Part shown: piece by piece, positions 49,401 through 59,100 of the stretch
How the letters are laid out: each line of letters opens with the position of its first letter
Numbering within the stretch: position 1 is the first letter of the stretch
NCBI GenBank assembly: GCA_958295675.1
Contig: OY282360.1
Span: 261,466 to 325,465, forward strand
Direction of reading: 5' to 3'
DNA from: Minisyncoccota bacterium
GTDB taxonomy: Bacteria; Patescibacteriota; Minisyncoccia; Phycocordibacterales; JABAAK01
DNA: 64,000 bases
The notes under the pieces: generated by a model
Databases searched by the model: none
What the model saw: only the letters and a program-made list of their open reading frames with translations
What the model was told of the DNA's origin: nothing
Position numbers and translations under genes: made by a program

Positions 49401-52400
49401 CACAATCAGGCGATGTTGACTACCTCAATGTTGGTGACGGTATCACGGTCACCCTCACCTTTAATGAGGACATCACCGCGGCACAGACCATTGCCGGAAA
49501 ATTCATAAACGACGCGGCGGACATTCCGGCATCGGGAGGCAGCCATCACACCATCACCGCCGTTCGCACCGACGCGACGACGCAGACCCTCACCCTCACC
49601 GTCAGGGACGCGGGACCTGATGTCGCCGCGGGTGATCTGAAGTATCAGATTACCAATGGCGCGGCACTAACTGACTTGGCGGGCAACACCCTCGGCGCGC
49701 AGAGTGTCACCGCTATCGCGAGCACGGTGATAGATACGACGAAGCCGACGCTCACCCCGACCAAAACGGGTACCGGCAATGCAGCGACCTACAGAGTCAC
49801 CGCCACGGACATTTCACCCGTCACCGGCAGAACAAAAGATAATGTCATCTTGGCAAACTGTACCGACACGACCACGACCGACAACTCGTGGACCAGTTAC
49901 ACCCCGGGAGACAACACCGGCACCGCGGACGACACCAACGGCAGGTGTGTCATCATCACGGACGCGGCGGGCAACAGCAAAGCCCAGCATCTTTCGGACA
50001 GCGCATCCGTCACTGCCGTACCGGCGGCGCCCACCGGTCTCACCACCCACTGGACAGCGGGAGGGGTCACGCTCAACTGGACTGACCCGAGCGACAGCAC
50101 CATCACCAAGTATCAATACCAACAATGCGACAGCACGGGTGCGACCTGCGGCTCGTGGACGGATATACCAAGCAGTGGTGCCACCACCACGACCTACCCC
50201 GTCACCGCTCTCTCAGCAAACACGGGATACACTTTCAAACTCAGAGCGGTCAGCGCGACCGGCGATAGTATCGCCGTCTCGGCGGTCGGCACCACGGGTA
50301 CGGTGTACGACACGGACACAGACGGGCTCATTGATATCAATACAATTCAAAAACTCAACGCGATTCGGTATGACCTGAACGGAGACGGTACCCCCGCGAC
50401 AGGACAGGAAACAAACTATACGGCCGGTTTCCCGAATGGAGCAACACACCTCGGCTGTCCGGGACCCTGCACCGGCTATGAGCTCACCGCGGACTTAGAT
50501 CTGAACGATAACGGCAGCGGCAGAAATGACGACACCTACAACAACAGCGGTGCGGGGTGGGAGCCGATCGGCGCGGACAGTGCAGGCAACCGCTTCACCG
50601 CTATCTTCAACGGCAACGGCTTCGTTATTGATAACCTTCTCATCAATCGGGGAAGTACCGGTAACCAGGCATTGTTCGCCGCGACGGAAACCGGCGCGCA
50701 CATCACGGCAGTCGGTCTGCGCAATGTGAATATCACCGGTGCCAACAGATCGGCAGCTTTGGTCGGCGCGAGCAAAGCCGGCACGGTCATTAACGCGAGT
50801 TTCTCCACCGGATCAATCACCGGCGCATTGGCAACTGGCGGGTTAGTGGGATACAACGAAGGCACCGTGGAAGCGAGTTACAGTGCCGCGGCGGTCTCCG
50901 GCACGACTGCCGTTGGCGGACTGGTCGGCAACAGCCAGAGCAGCGGTGCGAGTATTAAAAACAGTTACGCGTACGGTGCCGTCACCCAAACCGGCTCAGG
51001 AAACCTCGGCGGCTTGGTCGGAAACAATCACACCAACGCGACGATAACAAATAGTTACTGGGATACCGCTTCCACCACATCTGCGGGCACTGGTACCACC
51101 GGCGCCACCGGCAAAACACCGACACAACTGCAAACACCCGTCGGCTACACTGGTATCTACAGTACCTGGGACGACAGTGATATCGGGGGCACCAGCGCCA
51201 ATGACGCGCCGTGGGACTTCGGCACGAACAGTCAGTACCCCGTGCTTTCCTTCGGGGGGCATCGGACAACAACGCAGCGAGGTGATGTGGCGAACCTCAG
51301 CGATCTGACGGTCTCGGCGGGTACCCTCACCCCTGCCTTTGCCGCGAACACATATACATACACCATGAAGGTACCGGCAGCGACGGCGACCCTCACGGTC
51401 ACACCGACGACGCTCCACACGGAAACCTTGTCCGTCACGGTAAACGGCAACACGGTCGCCTCCGGCAGTCCGTCAGCGGCGATCACCCTCACCGTGGGAG
51501 AAACAACCGACATCACGATTGTCGTCACCCCGACGGTGGGGAGTGCCAATACCTACACGCTCAGGGTCACCCGGCTGAAAGATTACGATGATGACGATGA
51601 CGGACTCATTGATATACGCACCCATCAGCAGTTGAATGCCATCCGCTGGGACTTGGACGGGGACGGTACTGCCGCCTCGGGATACACGACTGCCTTCCCT
51701 CATGCGAGCACCGGTATGGGCTGTAAAGTCACCGACCACGACAACAACCCAACCACCCCGCAGCAGGAAACCTGCACGGGCTATGAGCTAAGAGCGAACA
51801 TTAATTTAGACACCAACGGCAACGGCACCAGTGACCACGGTGATGCCTACTATAACAATGGATATGGATGGGTACCGATCGGTCAGCTGAACTCAGCATT
51901 CAATGCCACCTTCAGCGGCAACGGACACACCATATCCAACCTCCACATCAACAGAACCTCGACCTACACCGGACTTTTCGGATTCGTCGGCGGCTCAAAT
52001 AACCATACCCGCATTGAAGGCGTGGGGCTAAAAAATGTCAGCGTCAGAGGAGGCATCTCCACCGGAGCCCTCGCCGGCAGAAATGAAAAACCCGTCACCG
52101 CCAGCTGGGTGACCGGCGCGGTGCGGGGAACGCGACTTGTCGGCGGGCTCATCGGGCAGAACACAAGCACCGTCACCGCCTCCTACTCCCTCGCCTCGGT
52201 CAACGTCACGTCGAACAACGCCGGCGGGCTTATCGGGCAGCAGGTGAACGGCGGCATCACCGCCAGCTACGCCAGTGGGAAAGTGACCGGCTCGGGAACA
52301 AAAGGAGGTCTCGTTGCCGCAAAAACCGGCTCGCCCGGCGACACCAACAACTACTACAACAGCGATACCAGCGGCATGACTGCCTCCGCGCTCGGCACGG

Positions 52401-54583
52401 CCAAGACAGACAAGGAACTCAGGACACCCACCGGCTACACCGGTATCTACCAGAACTGGAATGTGGATGTGGGCGGCAGCAATACAGCGGATGATCCGTG
52501 GAGCATCGTCGCGGGCAACTACCCGGTTCTGGACTACGGCGCGGGCGCGAGTGTTACGACGCAGAGAAACGAACAGCCGGCGATGCTGACCACGCCGACG
52601 ATAGTGCGGCACAGTCCGACAGGTGCCGTCCACACCGACAAAACCCCGACCTTCCGAGTAATCTCACTGACGGAAGGTGCGACGATCACGCTGCACACCG
52701 GCAGTGACTGTAGCGGCGCAGCCCTCACCACCACCCCGACAACCGTCACGGTCGCAAGTAGCGACACCACCAAAGACATTGACTCCACATTTGTCGTCGG
52801 TAGTTACACCATTTTCGCGAAACAGACGAAGGGCAATATCTCCGCCTGCTCATCAGGGGTCTCATTTGAAATTAAGGGAACACCCGCCGCGCCGGCAAAT
52901 ATAGCGATAGCACCAGGAGACACCGAGGTCACCGTCAGCTGGGACAATCCGAACAACCCCACCATCACCAAGTATCAATACCAACAGAAAACAGGAGGCG
53001 GCAATTACGGCTCATGGACGGACATCAGCGGGTCAGACGCATCCACCCTTTCGGAGACCTTCACCGGCCTCACGAACGGCACCGCATATCAATACAAAAT
53101 ACGCGCGGTGAACGCCGCAGGCGACGGTGCGGAATCGGAGACCTCGGCGGCCACGCCGTTGGCAAGTATCTCCGCGGCCCCCGCTTCGGTATCGCTCGCT
53201 CTTGACACCAACGACAATATCACCCCCTACATCACCTCCGGCACCATACCCCGCACCCGTGATACCACCCCCACCATCACATTCACCGCCGTCGGGGGTG
53301 CAACCACCACCGTGAAGTACCGGCAAGGAACCAGCGGCGCGTTCAGCGACACCGGCGTCACGCACACCGGCACCGGCTCAGACACCGCCCGCACCGCCAC
53401 GCTTCCAACGCTCAGCACCAACGGCACCTATCAAGTGGAAGTCACGCAGGATGAAGACGGCATAGGAAGCACAAAAACAGTGAAAGCAGTCACCTACACA
53501 TTTATCTTTGACACGCAGGCACCAACCGTCAGTGCCACCATCGCAAAAACCGGACACGCATTGTCAGGCGGTGTTGACTACCTCAGCATCGGCGACACCA
53601 TCACCGTTACATTCACATTTAATGAAGACATCACCGCAGCACAAACTATCACCGGAAAGTTCGTGAACGACGGCGTTGACATCCCGTCATCAGTAGAGAA
53701 CTATCATACCGTCACCCCGGCACGCACCTCCGCCACCGCGCAGACTCTCACCCTCACCGTCAGAGACGCAGGACCCGATGTCGCCGCGGACAACCTCAAA
53801 TATCAGATCACCAACGGCACCGCACTTACCGACCTCGCCGGCAACGCCCTCGGCGCGCAGAGTGTCACCGCTATAGCGAACACCGTCATAGACACCACAA
53901 AGCCGGCACTCACCCCAACCAAAGTGGGCACCGGCAATGCAGCCACCTACAAAGTCGCCGCCACCGACATTTCACCCGTCTCCGGCAGGACGAAAGATAA
54001 TGTCGCCTCGGGAAGCTGCACCGACACGACCACGACCGGTGGGAGTTGGTCAGATTACACCCCCGGAACAGACACCGGCACCGCCCACGACACCGCCGGC
54101 AGGTGTGTCATCATCACGGATGCGGCGGGGAACAAGAAAGCCCAGCATCTCTCGGACAGCGACAACACGATTCAAGCTGACTTCACCATGGACATCACCG
54201 GCAACGGCACGGCAAACTATCTGGACGCCATTGTCCACTACTACTACGCGCAAAACCCGATCGATCAATCGGCGGGCGGCGCGGTTATGGCGAATTTTAT
54301 CAATGCAAACGACTCACCTGTGAAGACAGGGAGCCCGACCACTACGGCGGCTATCTACACAAGTATGCAGAATTCCGCCACAACGCGTGACTTCACCGGC
54401 AACGGCACGGCAAACTATCTGGACGCCATTGTCCACTACTACTACGCGCAAAACCCGATCGATCAATCGGCGGGCGGCGCGGTTATGGCGAATTTTATCA
54501 ATGCAAACGACTCACCTGTGAAGACAGGGAGCCCGACCACTACGGCGGCTATCTACACATTGCTTCAGAGTTTTGATCTGTGA
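43409..54583 (+). CDS. Giant secreted surface protein G6 (3724 aa): signal peptide, 3 cadherin-like domains in an acidic stalk, Ig-like domains, FG-GAP propeller, repeated FN3 + Ca-loop + GLUG beta-helix modules, internal cadherin-like domains, C-terminal tandem dockerin-like modules
   Basis: Largest paralog. Cadherin-like units at about 43690, 44110 and 44590. Propeller at 46345-47500. FN3 at about 47770, 50040 and 52900. C-terminal modules at 54176-54580. Confidence 0.85.
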   Translation: MYITKELFLTRCIALCVILALLGTLIPTAPYAVGQEGETPEEGGATNTQQEAPEQQAEAPPERVSDNEEQSEPTGSGEEENEEQEDEEEEAAPILSGLTVSDTDLNEPFDSTVTTYTADVANTIETVTISATPTDDIMTVTYDPTDTDTEEDGHQVNLTEGENTVTITVTAEDGVTVQTYTLTITRAAEEEEESEPEDDNTQPANEPADDEEEEAEENEESEEEENEEQEAPAPTLIGLTVSDTDLNETFDPTVTTYTADVANTIENVTVTATADNTMTVAFTDTTDADTEEDGQQVNLTEGENTVTITVTAEDGVTVQTYTLTVTRAAEESSEPEDDDTQPTNEPADDEEETVEEEEGEEESEEEEEQEEANENEEQEDEEETGEETLAPTLSGLTVSDTDLNEPFDSTVTSYTADVANDIENVTVTPTADDTMTVAFTDTTDADTEEEGHQVNLTEGENTVTITVTAQDGVTVQTYTLTITRAAEEEQEEEEESVEQEDEEEEETPAPTAEPAPEQPQPQTQQQQQAQLPDDDTAGTQGAPSGALILILKPSSDSHRHGTIDAVTALPGSPTDGTMIRFTASATSLTNTYETNGITVKTTAAVNDMFRYESTGTKWVFMGNGATTAGISSDVDGITNDDTPTFTIKSSDGGNFGGGGGGDEAFFLFKKDQGCAGLSKPSGAYLDISEVLGWSQASYQTSETNAYDAQIVTQSIEKICLSAGFTDDGQNTSNWSELLEVTIDTTATTPTVAITSGVGTSNPTVRVSSLEPGGATAQLFSDSSCSSSISGTATTGASETHKDITTTTSVAADASIYAKQTDVAGNTACSAAVVNAVPSAAVSDIDLKTGSDTGTQDDDITSDTTAPEIGFTQVAGATITARYRKVGGSWTAIQSGSITATGTAGTITLPLLTAGDGAYEVEITQDDDGNGARSPTATTYMFTLDITAPTVFTSITPAVPSGTPTKFSRTGGVTVALSNEDRFGSATSLSADGTLMAVGVPDDDDRGSDSDGDNRGAVYLFQKSGATWQKIHKFSDHTGSAVTRTRFTSAVTDVDLSDGDNFGSGVSLSASGTLLAVGARNDNTGSDNKGVVHLFQKSGTAWSRVHTFSDHTASTNTETRFTTAVTDVDISSNANFGSAVSLSASGTLLAVGASAAAPNSKGAVYLFEKTGALWSQSLKISDNEGGSGLLDVGLYTDESFGTATSLSASGTLLAVGAPSNDDGGIEKGAAYLFEKTDGSWAKTLKISDNGGGEELLDINLTNGDHFGSAVSLAGTALAVGAYDTGTFNEGSIHLFEKSRAGWSKSLEISENSGGMGLLNISLDNEDEFGSGGSLSADGTVLAAGAPADDDGGDASGAVYLYGVSPVTTARAATVAAFDDEDSSTMKYVKISDSTCTAAQFTGDAGTTYTEESAIIANTFSTDNGKRFCFRVQDAAGNIGYGSSVAITITAPPAPPATPDGLTGTWTTTGVTLNWTDPNDNAITKYQYQQCDSTGATCGSWTDVASSGPTTVTHPITSLTANTGYTFKLRAVNASANSTAASIVGTTGTVYDTDTDGLIDINTIQKLNAIRYDLNGDGTPASGQGTNYTVGFPNGATHLGCPGPCTGYELTADLDLNDETAGIRTDDTYYNGGSGWEPIGTATDSFTGTFNGRGFVINNLSINRTTGTVGLFGNIGSGGTVTAVGIRNADVNGGTNNAGALAGSSAGTITASFSAGTVAGGDGTGGLVGDNSGTVEASYSTATVTGTGDAVGGLVGSSTGSGTLIRASYALGAVTSATNSTQAGGLVGTNRTGAAVTASYHNSAATSQNGEGGATGKTPTQLQTPTGYTGIYATWDDNDIDGSGGNDAPWDFGSNGQYPVLSFGGHRTTMQRSGAVTSVTLAADGSSIAPYTGTGTHRTRDATPTISFTAVANATTTVKYRQGTSGAFTDTGVTHYINTGPSTSRNALLPTLNTNGTYQVEVTQDEDGVGGKTASIFTYTFIFDTLSPTVTPTIAKTGHTQSGDVDYLNVGDGITVTLTFNEDITAAQTIAGKFINDAADIPASGGSHHTITAVRTDATTQTLTLTVRDAGPDVAAGDLKYQITNGAALTDLAGNTLGAQSVTAIASTVIDTTKPTLTPTKTGTGNAATYRVTATDISPVTGRTKDNVILANCTDTTTTDNSWTSYTPGDNTGTADDTNGRCVIITDAAGNSKAQHLSDSASVTAVPAAPTGLTTHWTAGGVTLNWTDPSDSTITKYQYQQCDSTGATCGSWTDIPSSGATTTTYPVTALSANTGYTFKLRAVSATGDSIAVSAVGTTGTVYDTDTDGLIDINTIQKLNAIRYDLNGDGTPATGQETNYTAGFPNGATHLGCPGPCTGYELTADLDLNDNGSGRNDDTYNNSGAGWEPIGADSAGNRFTAIFNGNGFVIDNLLINRGSTGNQALFAATETGAHITAVGLRNVNITGANRSAALVGASKAGTVINASFSTGSITGALATGGLVGYNEGTVEASYSAAAVSGTTAVGGLVGNSQSSGASIKNSYAYGAVTQTGSGNLGGLVGNNHTNATITNSYWDTASTTSAGTGTTGATGKTPTQLQTPVGYTGIYSTWDDSDIGGTSANDAPWDFGTNSQYPVLSFGGHRTTTQRGDVANLSDLTVSAGTLTPAFAANTYTYTMKVPAATATLTVTPTTLHTETLSVTVNGNTVASGSPSAAITLTVGETTDITIVVTPTVGSANTYTLRVTRLKDYDDDDDGLIDIRTHQQLNAIRWDLDGDGTAASGYTTAFPHASTGMGCKVTDHDNNPTTPQQETCTGYELRANINLDTNGNGTSDHGDAYYNNGYGWVPIGQLNSAFNATFSGNGHTISNLHINRTSTYTGLFGFVGGSNNHTRIEGVGLKNVSVRGGISTGALAGRNEKPVTASWVTGAVRGTRLVGGLIGQNTSTVTASYSLASVNVTSNNAGGLIGQQVNGGITASYASGKVTGSGTKGGLVAAKTGSPGDTNNYYNSDTSGMTASALGTAKTDKELRTPTGYTGIYQNWNVDVGGSNTADDPWSIVAGNYPVLDYGAGASVTTQRNEQPAMLTTPTIVRHSPTGAVHTDKTPTFRVISLTEGATITLHTGSDCSGAALTTTPTTVTVASSDTTKDIDSTFVVGSYTIFAKQTKGNISACSSGVSFEIKGTPAAPANIAIAPGDTEVTVSWDNPNNPTITKYQYQQKTGGGNYGSWTDISGSDASTLSETFTGLTNGTAYQYKIRAVNAAGDGAESETSAATPLASISAAPASVSLALDTNDNITPYITSGTIPRTRDTTPTITFTAVGGATTTVKYRQGTSGAFSDTGVTHTGTGSDTARTATLPTLSTNGTYQVEVTQDEDGIGSTKTVKAVTYTFIFDTQAPTVSATIAKTGHALSGGVDYLSIGDTITVTFTFNEDITAAQTITGKFVNDGVDIPSSVENYHTVTPARTSATAQTLTLTVRDAGPDVAADNLKYQITNGTALTDLAGNALGAQSVTAIANTVIDTTKPALTPTKVGTGNAATYKVAATDISPVSGRTKDNVASGSCTDTTTTGGSWSDYTPGTDTGTAHDTAGRCVIITDAAGNKKAQHLSDSDNTIQADFTMDITGNGTANYLDAIVHYYYAQNPIDQSAGGAVMANFINANDSPVKTGSPTTTAAIYTSMQNSATTRDFTGNGTANYLDAIVHYYYAQNPIDQSAGGAVMANFINANDSPVKTGSPTTTAAIYTLLQSFDL
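46345..47500 (+). repeat. FG-GAP beta-propeller of G6
   Basis: Blades 'FGSxxSLSASGTLLAVGA......GAVYLFEKTG..WSQSLKISDN'. Confidence 0.6.
54176..54580 (+). other. C-terminal tandem dockerin-like modules of G6
   Basis: 'DFTMDITGNGTANYLDAIVHYYYAQNPIDQSAGGAVMANFINANDSPVKTGSPTTTAAIYT' occurs twice. Confidence 0.5.
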
Positions 54584-54610
54584 GGAGAAAAAAGAGGATA
54601 TATTCCATAG

Positions 54611-54726
54611 TTTAAGTTCGAGGCATAACTTAAAATATAACTTTTTATAATTTAAGTTTGAGGCATAACTTAAAATATAAATTTCTATAATGTAAGTTTG
54701 GGGCATAACTTAAATTATAAATCTCC
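54611..54726 (+). repeat. 3 x 40-bp tandem repeat, each unit with an 8-bp dyad (TTTAAGTT-n8-AACTTAAA)
   Basis: The unit 'tttaagttcgaggcataacttaaaatataactttttataa' repeats at 54611, 54651 and 54691 (the third copy is degenerate). The stems are AT-rich. It lies between the G6 stop and the Fic gene promoter. Confidence 0.7.
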
Positions 54727-54752
54727 AAAAAGCGCATTTTACGGTAGAATTA

Positions 54753-54761
54753 TGGTATAAT
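54753..54761 (+). promoter_or_regulatory. Extended -10 (TGgTATAAT) upstream of the Fic gene
   Basis: 'tggtataat' at 54753-54761. The in-frame stop at 54745 means the Fic ORF cannot start before about 54748. Confidence 0.35.
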
Positions 54762-54870
54762 ATGCCACACAGCATATTTTCGTATAACACAAGACAAACA
54801 GACAGAACAGCCGTACACAGCGGGAACATACAGGAAAAACATCTATAATGAGATTGAATATGAGAGTTTT

Positions 54871-55941
54871 GTGCCGAGTCGGGTGAATAAAGCGTACGAT
54901 ATCAAGGATCCGAATGTGCTGATATATGTTGAGAAAGCAATGCATCGTCTCGGTGAACTCAACGCATACTCATATCTTATTCCTGATGTTGATTTCTTTA
55001 TCCGTATGCATATAAATAATGAGGCCGTGAAATCAAGCAGAATTGAAGGAACAAAAACAGGCATAGACGAGGCGATTCTCAACAGGGAAGAGATTAATCC
55101 GGAGATGCGGGATGATTGGCAGAAAGTGCAGAATTATGCGAACGCGATGGAATACGGCATAAAAGAAATGAAAGAATTACCGGTATGTATGCGATTGTTA
55201 TGCGGCGTGCATAAAGAATTGATGCAGGAAGTGCGCGGTGAAGACAAGCAGCCGGGAAAATTCAGAAAAGAACAAAATTGGATAGGCGGCAAGAGCATTC
55301 AGGATGCGTCATTTATACCGCCGCATCCGGATGATGTGTCAGACGCGCTGCAAGATTGGGAGAAATTTGTGAATAACAGGCGAATAACAATATCGGATCT
55401 CATACAAATTGCCATAGCCCATTACCAATTTGAGACTATTCACCCGTTTAATGACGGGAACGGGAGAACGGGTCGTATAGCAATAATACTGCAACTTATC
55501 GAAATGGGTGTGCTGGATAAGCCGACATTGTATCTCTCTGACTTTTTTGAAAAGCATCGGGAAAAATATTACGACACCCTCTCCGCGGTTCGTGATTCAA
55601 ACAAGATGGATCAATGGATTTTGTTTTTTCTGGAAGGTCTTGCGGAAACAGCGAAAAAAGGGAGAGAAACACTCCAAAATATTGTTGCTTTGCGGGAGGA
55701 ATATGCAAGTAAAGTATTCACTTTAGATCGGCAGGCGAAATTAGCGGACAAGATACTCACCCACGCCTTCTCTCATCCGGGGTTTAATGTGGCGGAAATA
55801 GTGCAGCATTGCAAAACATCAACGGCAACAGCGAATGCGGTCATCAGCAAAATGGTGGATTGCGGTATGCTGAAAGAAATAACAGGATACTCCAGAAACA
55901 GGATATTTGTATTATGGGAATATCTTGCTTTATTCAAGTGA
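54871..55941 (+). CDS. fic: Fic family protein (AMPylator-type Fic domain with C-terminal wHTH-like region)
   Basis: Canonical Fic motif 'HPFNDGNGRTGR'. The N-terminal 'EAVKSSRIEGT' region is typical of Fic proteins. GTG start. Confidence 0.85.
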   Translation: MPSRVNKAYDIKDPNVLIYVEKAMHRLGELNAYSYLIPDVDFFIRMHINNEAVKSSRIEGTKTGIDEAILNREEINPEMRDDWQKVQNYANAMEYGIKEMKELPVCMRLLCGVHKELMQEVRGEDKQPGKFRKEQNWIGGKSIQDASFIPPHPDDVSDALQDWEKFVNNRRITISDLIQIAIAHYQFETIHPFNDGNGRTGRIAIILQLIEMGVLDKPTLYLSDFFEKHREKYYDTLSAVRDSNKMDQWILFFLEGLAETAKKGRETLQNIVALREEYASKVFTLDRQAKLADKILTHAFSHPGFNVAEIVQHCKTSTATANAVISKMVDCGMLKEITGYSRNRIFVLWEYLALFK

Positions 55942-56056
55942 ATGTTATATCACTCACGCTGTTTCCTTGGCAGGATTTTTCACTGAAAGGCAGGTAAACA
56001 CTGTACCTGTCGTGAAAAACTCTGCGATACGGGCATACAGGAAGTTTTACACATGT

Positions 56057-56086
56057 TTGACAAATAATCATTCATAACGGTATACA
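56057..56086 (+). promoter_or_regulatory. Sigma70-like promoter TTGACA-N18-TATACA upstream of G7
   Basis: TTGACA at 56057-62 and TATACA at 56081-86, about 40 nt upstream of the ATG at 56127. Confidence 0.35.
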
Positions 56087-56126
56087 CTACAAATATATTT
56101 ATTGGTAGAATAATTTATAATTTTAT

Positions 56127-59100
56127 ATGTATATTAAAAATAAATTTAGCACACGGTTAAGTCTTACAAGCGGTATCACCGCACTGAGTATTATTGTAAG
56201 TGTACTGGCAATGTCTGCGATGCCGGCGTACGCGACGACTCCGGGCGGCACACTGTCTGGGCATGCGCCGACAGAAGCAAGCAACCCGAGCGTGAGAGCG
56301 TACACCTCTGACACATCAGGAGTAAAGTTGCGCATCAGACCGTCAATCACTACCGCGCTGTCAAACACGGTGCCGTTTCCAGCCGGCGATGTATCAACGA
56401 AAGAATTTCTGATATATTCCCGCATATTCTACGACTCAAACAAAGTAACGCCGAGCAATCTTGAAATCGGCGGTGAGACCTACACGGGTACTGTCGGCGG
56501 TAATGCTACTTTGGTGCAGGATAAATATATACACGGGGGAGGTATAAATCTGTCTCCAATAAATATATACGCTGGTTTCTACCAGCTCATAGACACCCTC
56601 AGTATCACAACTCCTCAGGCAAGTTCGCACTGTCTGTTTAATACCGGCATGATACCGGACAGTATTGACGGCACCGACACGTCATCCGCCACTTTGGCAA
56701 CGGTGAAGAGCACGATAGAGGCGCTCGGCTACGACAAGTGTGTATTGGTGGGTGTTTCTATTAACGGTGTCCGTGTTGAGAACGGCATCTCAAAAAATCT
56801 GTTTGCCAACGCACTGACCACCGGCACCAACCTTGATCTCGGTGATGTCAACTTCAACATCGAGGACGGCGCGGGCGGCAATATTGACTTCCTTTCATGG
56901 GTATTTATCAAACAGGGCGCGTCGTCATGGAATGTCTCGCCGGGCACGATTACCAGTATCAGTGATTCAAAACCTCCGACTATCACGCTGGAGGAGAATT
57001 TACCGACCACCACCAGCACCACCGACGATGAGTTTAAGATGCAGGTGAGCGAACCAATCGCGCTCAACAAAGTTACCGTTACCTGTACACCCGGCACGAC
57101 CTATACACCCGGCGGCGGCACCAATATCAATCCGACCCTGATCATCGCCGACAGCACGGGCGGTGCGGCGCGCACCACGGCGATTCCCAAGGGTGTTGAT
57201 GTGTTTGTCAAAATTTCTGCGGGTTTGACCGGTAGCACGCGGTATACCTGCGCAGCGACGGTGTCCGACGGCACCAACACCTCCGCTTCGGCGACGCAGC
57301 TCGGATCGTTCATCTTTGCCGACACAACAGCACCAATGTTTGACAGTATTGCCGTGGAGCGGAGCAGTACGAATAATGCGGATGCCAAGAGCAATAAGTA
57401 TGCGAAAGAGGATGATACCGTAAAAGTAACATTGAATTTCAACGAGAACATAAGCAGCGTCGGGACGGTGGTCATCAAGATGGGTGGTAGCAGTGGCACG
57501 ACGGTAACCTCGTCAGACCCGAAGGATCCGAGCGATGATACCACATTTGATGGTTCCAGTGACACCACAAGCAGCGTGTACTATACATTTGATGTTCCTT
57601 CGGGGGTAAACGGTGCCGTGTATGTTTCAGCGGTTAATTTTATTGATAAAGCGTCAGCCCCGAACACACAAAGCGTTGCACAAAACTACACAACAACTAC
57701 AGCCGACGACACACTGGCATCATTCTTCGTCATTGACACTGTCGCGCCGAGCGCACCGTCAGCACCTGATTTGAAAGCTGGTTCAGACACCGGTCACAGC
57801 GACATTGACAATATTACCAGTAACGAAACACCGATCATCACTGTGGATCTCGCTACCAATGCCGATAGCACCGTTGATCGCGCGCGGGTAACAGCAACCA
57901 AAAGCAGTGAAACCGTGGTCGGCAACAGAAACGGTGACGGTGATGTGACACTCGGTACGCTTGCGGAAGGTACCTGGTCAGTTGAGGTGAACGCGATTGA
58001 TAATGCGGGCAACAGCATCGCATCCGGCAGTCCGCTGAGTGTGAGGATCGACAAAACAGCACCGACAAGCCCGACCGTTCCGCTGAACTCCGCAGCACCA
58101 TTCGCGAGCAGCGACCGCTACATTAACAGTGCCGAGAGTTCAACGAATGCGGCGACAGTATTGGTCGGCACCACAACGGGAGGCGGCAAACATGACGGAT
58201 CGGATGCATTTGCGATTACCGCGAGTGACACAGCTTGCCAAGACGGTCTCACATTCGGCGAATCAGACACCGTGGAAGTGCGGGATGTGTCATCGGACGG
58301 CGTGTACCGCGTATGTTTCCGCGCCGCTGACGAGGCGGGCAACTATGCCTACGCGACCAGTCCCACATTCACGAAGGACACCACCGATCCGACCGTATTT
58401 ATCATAGATTTGACCGTCAATAATTATCAAATTACCGCCGCCGATGCCAATACGCCAACGGCATCATATGTTCTCAACGGTATTGCGTCATCAGGTGTGA
58501 CATGTAACGCCGGACAGACATACACACCGGTGCCGGGGAATAGCCAAATCACCATCACGGCCGGCAATCTACCGTGTGTATCAGTAGCCGATGCCGCAGG
58601 AAACACCATATATTCAACATCAGTCACACAGGGCGCGGCAATAACCGGTATCGGTGTGAGCTCGGAGACAGCAGGCAGCAAACTGATAGGCGGCAGCAGC
58701 ACATTTAATGTATACGGCACGGGACCGGCCGAATCAACAGTCACCCTCCGCCGCCGATCAACCAGTACTACAACTGACACGCTGAGTGATTACGCCACTG
58801 TTATCGGCAGCGACACAATTGCCTCCGGTGCTAGCACCTGGTCCGTGGCGGTCAACCTCGCTGACGACACCTATGATTTCGCAACCACATCCGTGCTCGG
58901 TGACGGTACGGTACTCAACACTCCAGTGCCATACAAAGGGGTGGTTGTTGACACGACAGCACCGACCGCATCACTGTCGGCAACACCGACCGCCGCCAGC
59001 GTGAGCAACGCCACCACAGCCACCGCGACAGTCGCCGGAACCGGTGTGACGCACTATAAATATGAGATTGTCGCGGGAGCATCCTGTTCAGGTGCCACCT

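Noticed and set aside
7370-54583. Dozens of 60-350-aa ORFs on the minus strand, and out-of-frame on the plus strand, inside the giant genes. Many are Ser/Pro/Arg/Cys-rich (examples: 40876-41931, 42307-43317, 31412-32332, 13222-13755).
   Set aside because: They are all nested in or antisense to the long repetitive coding frames. Their composition is low-complexity, as expected from reading G+C- and Thr/Gly/Asp-rich codons in the wrong frame, and none is conserved independently between paralogs. They are artefacts of open antisense frames.
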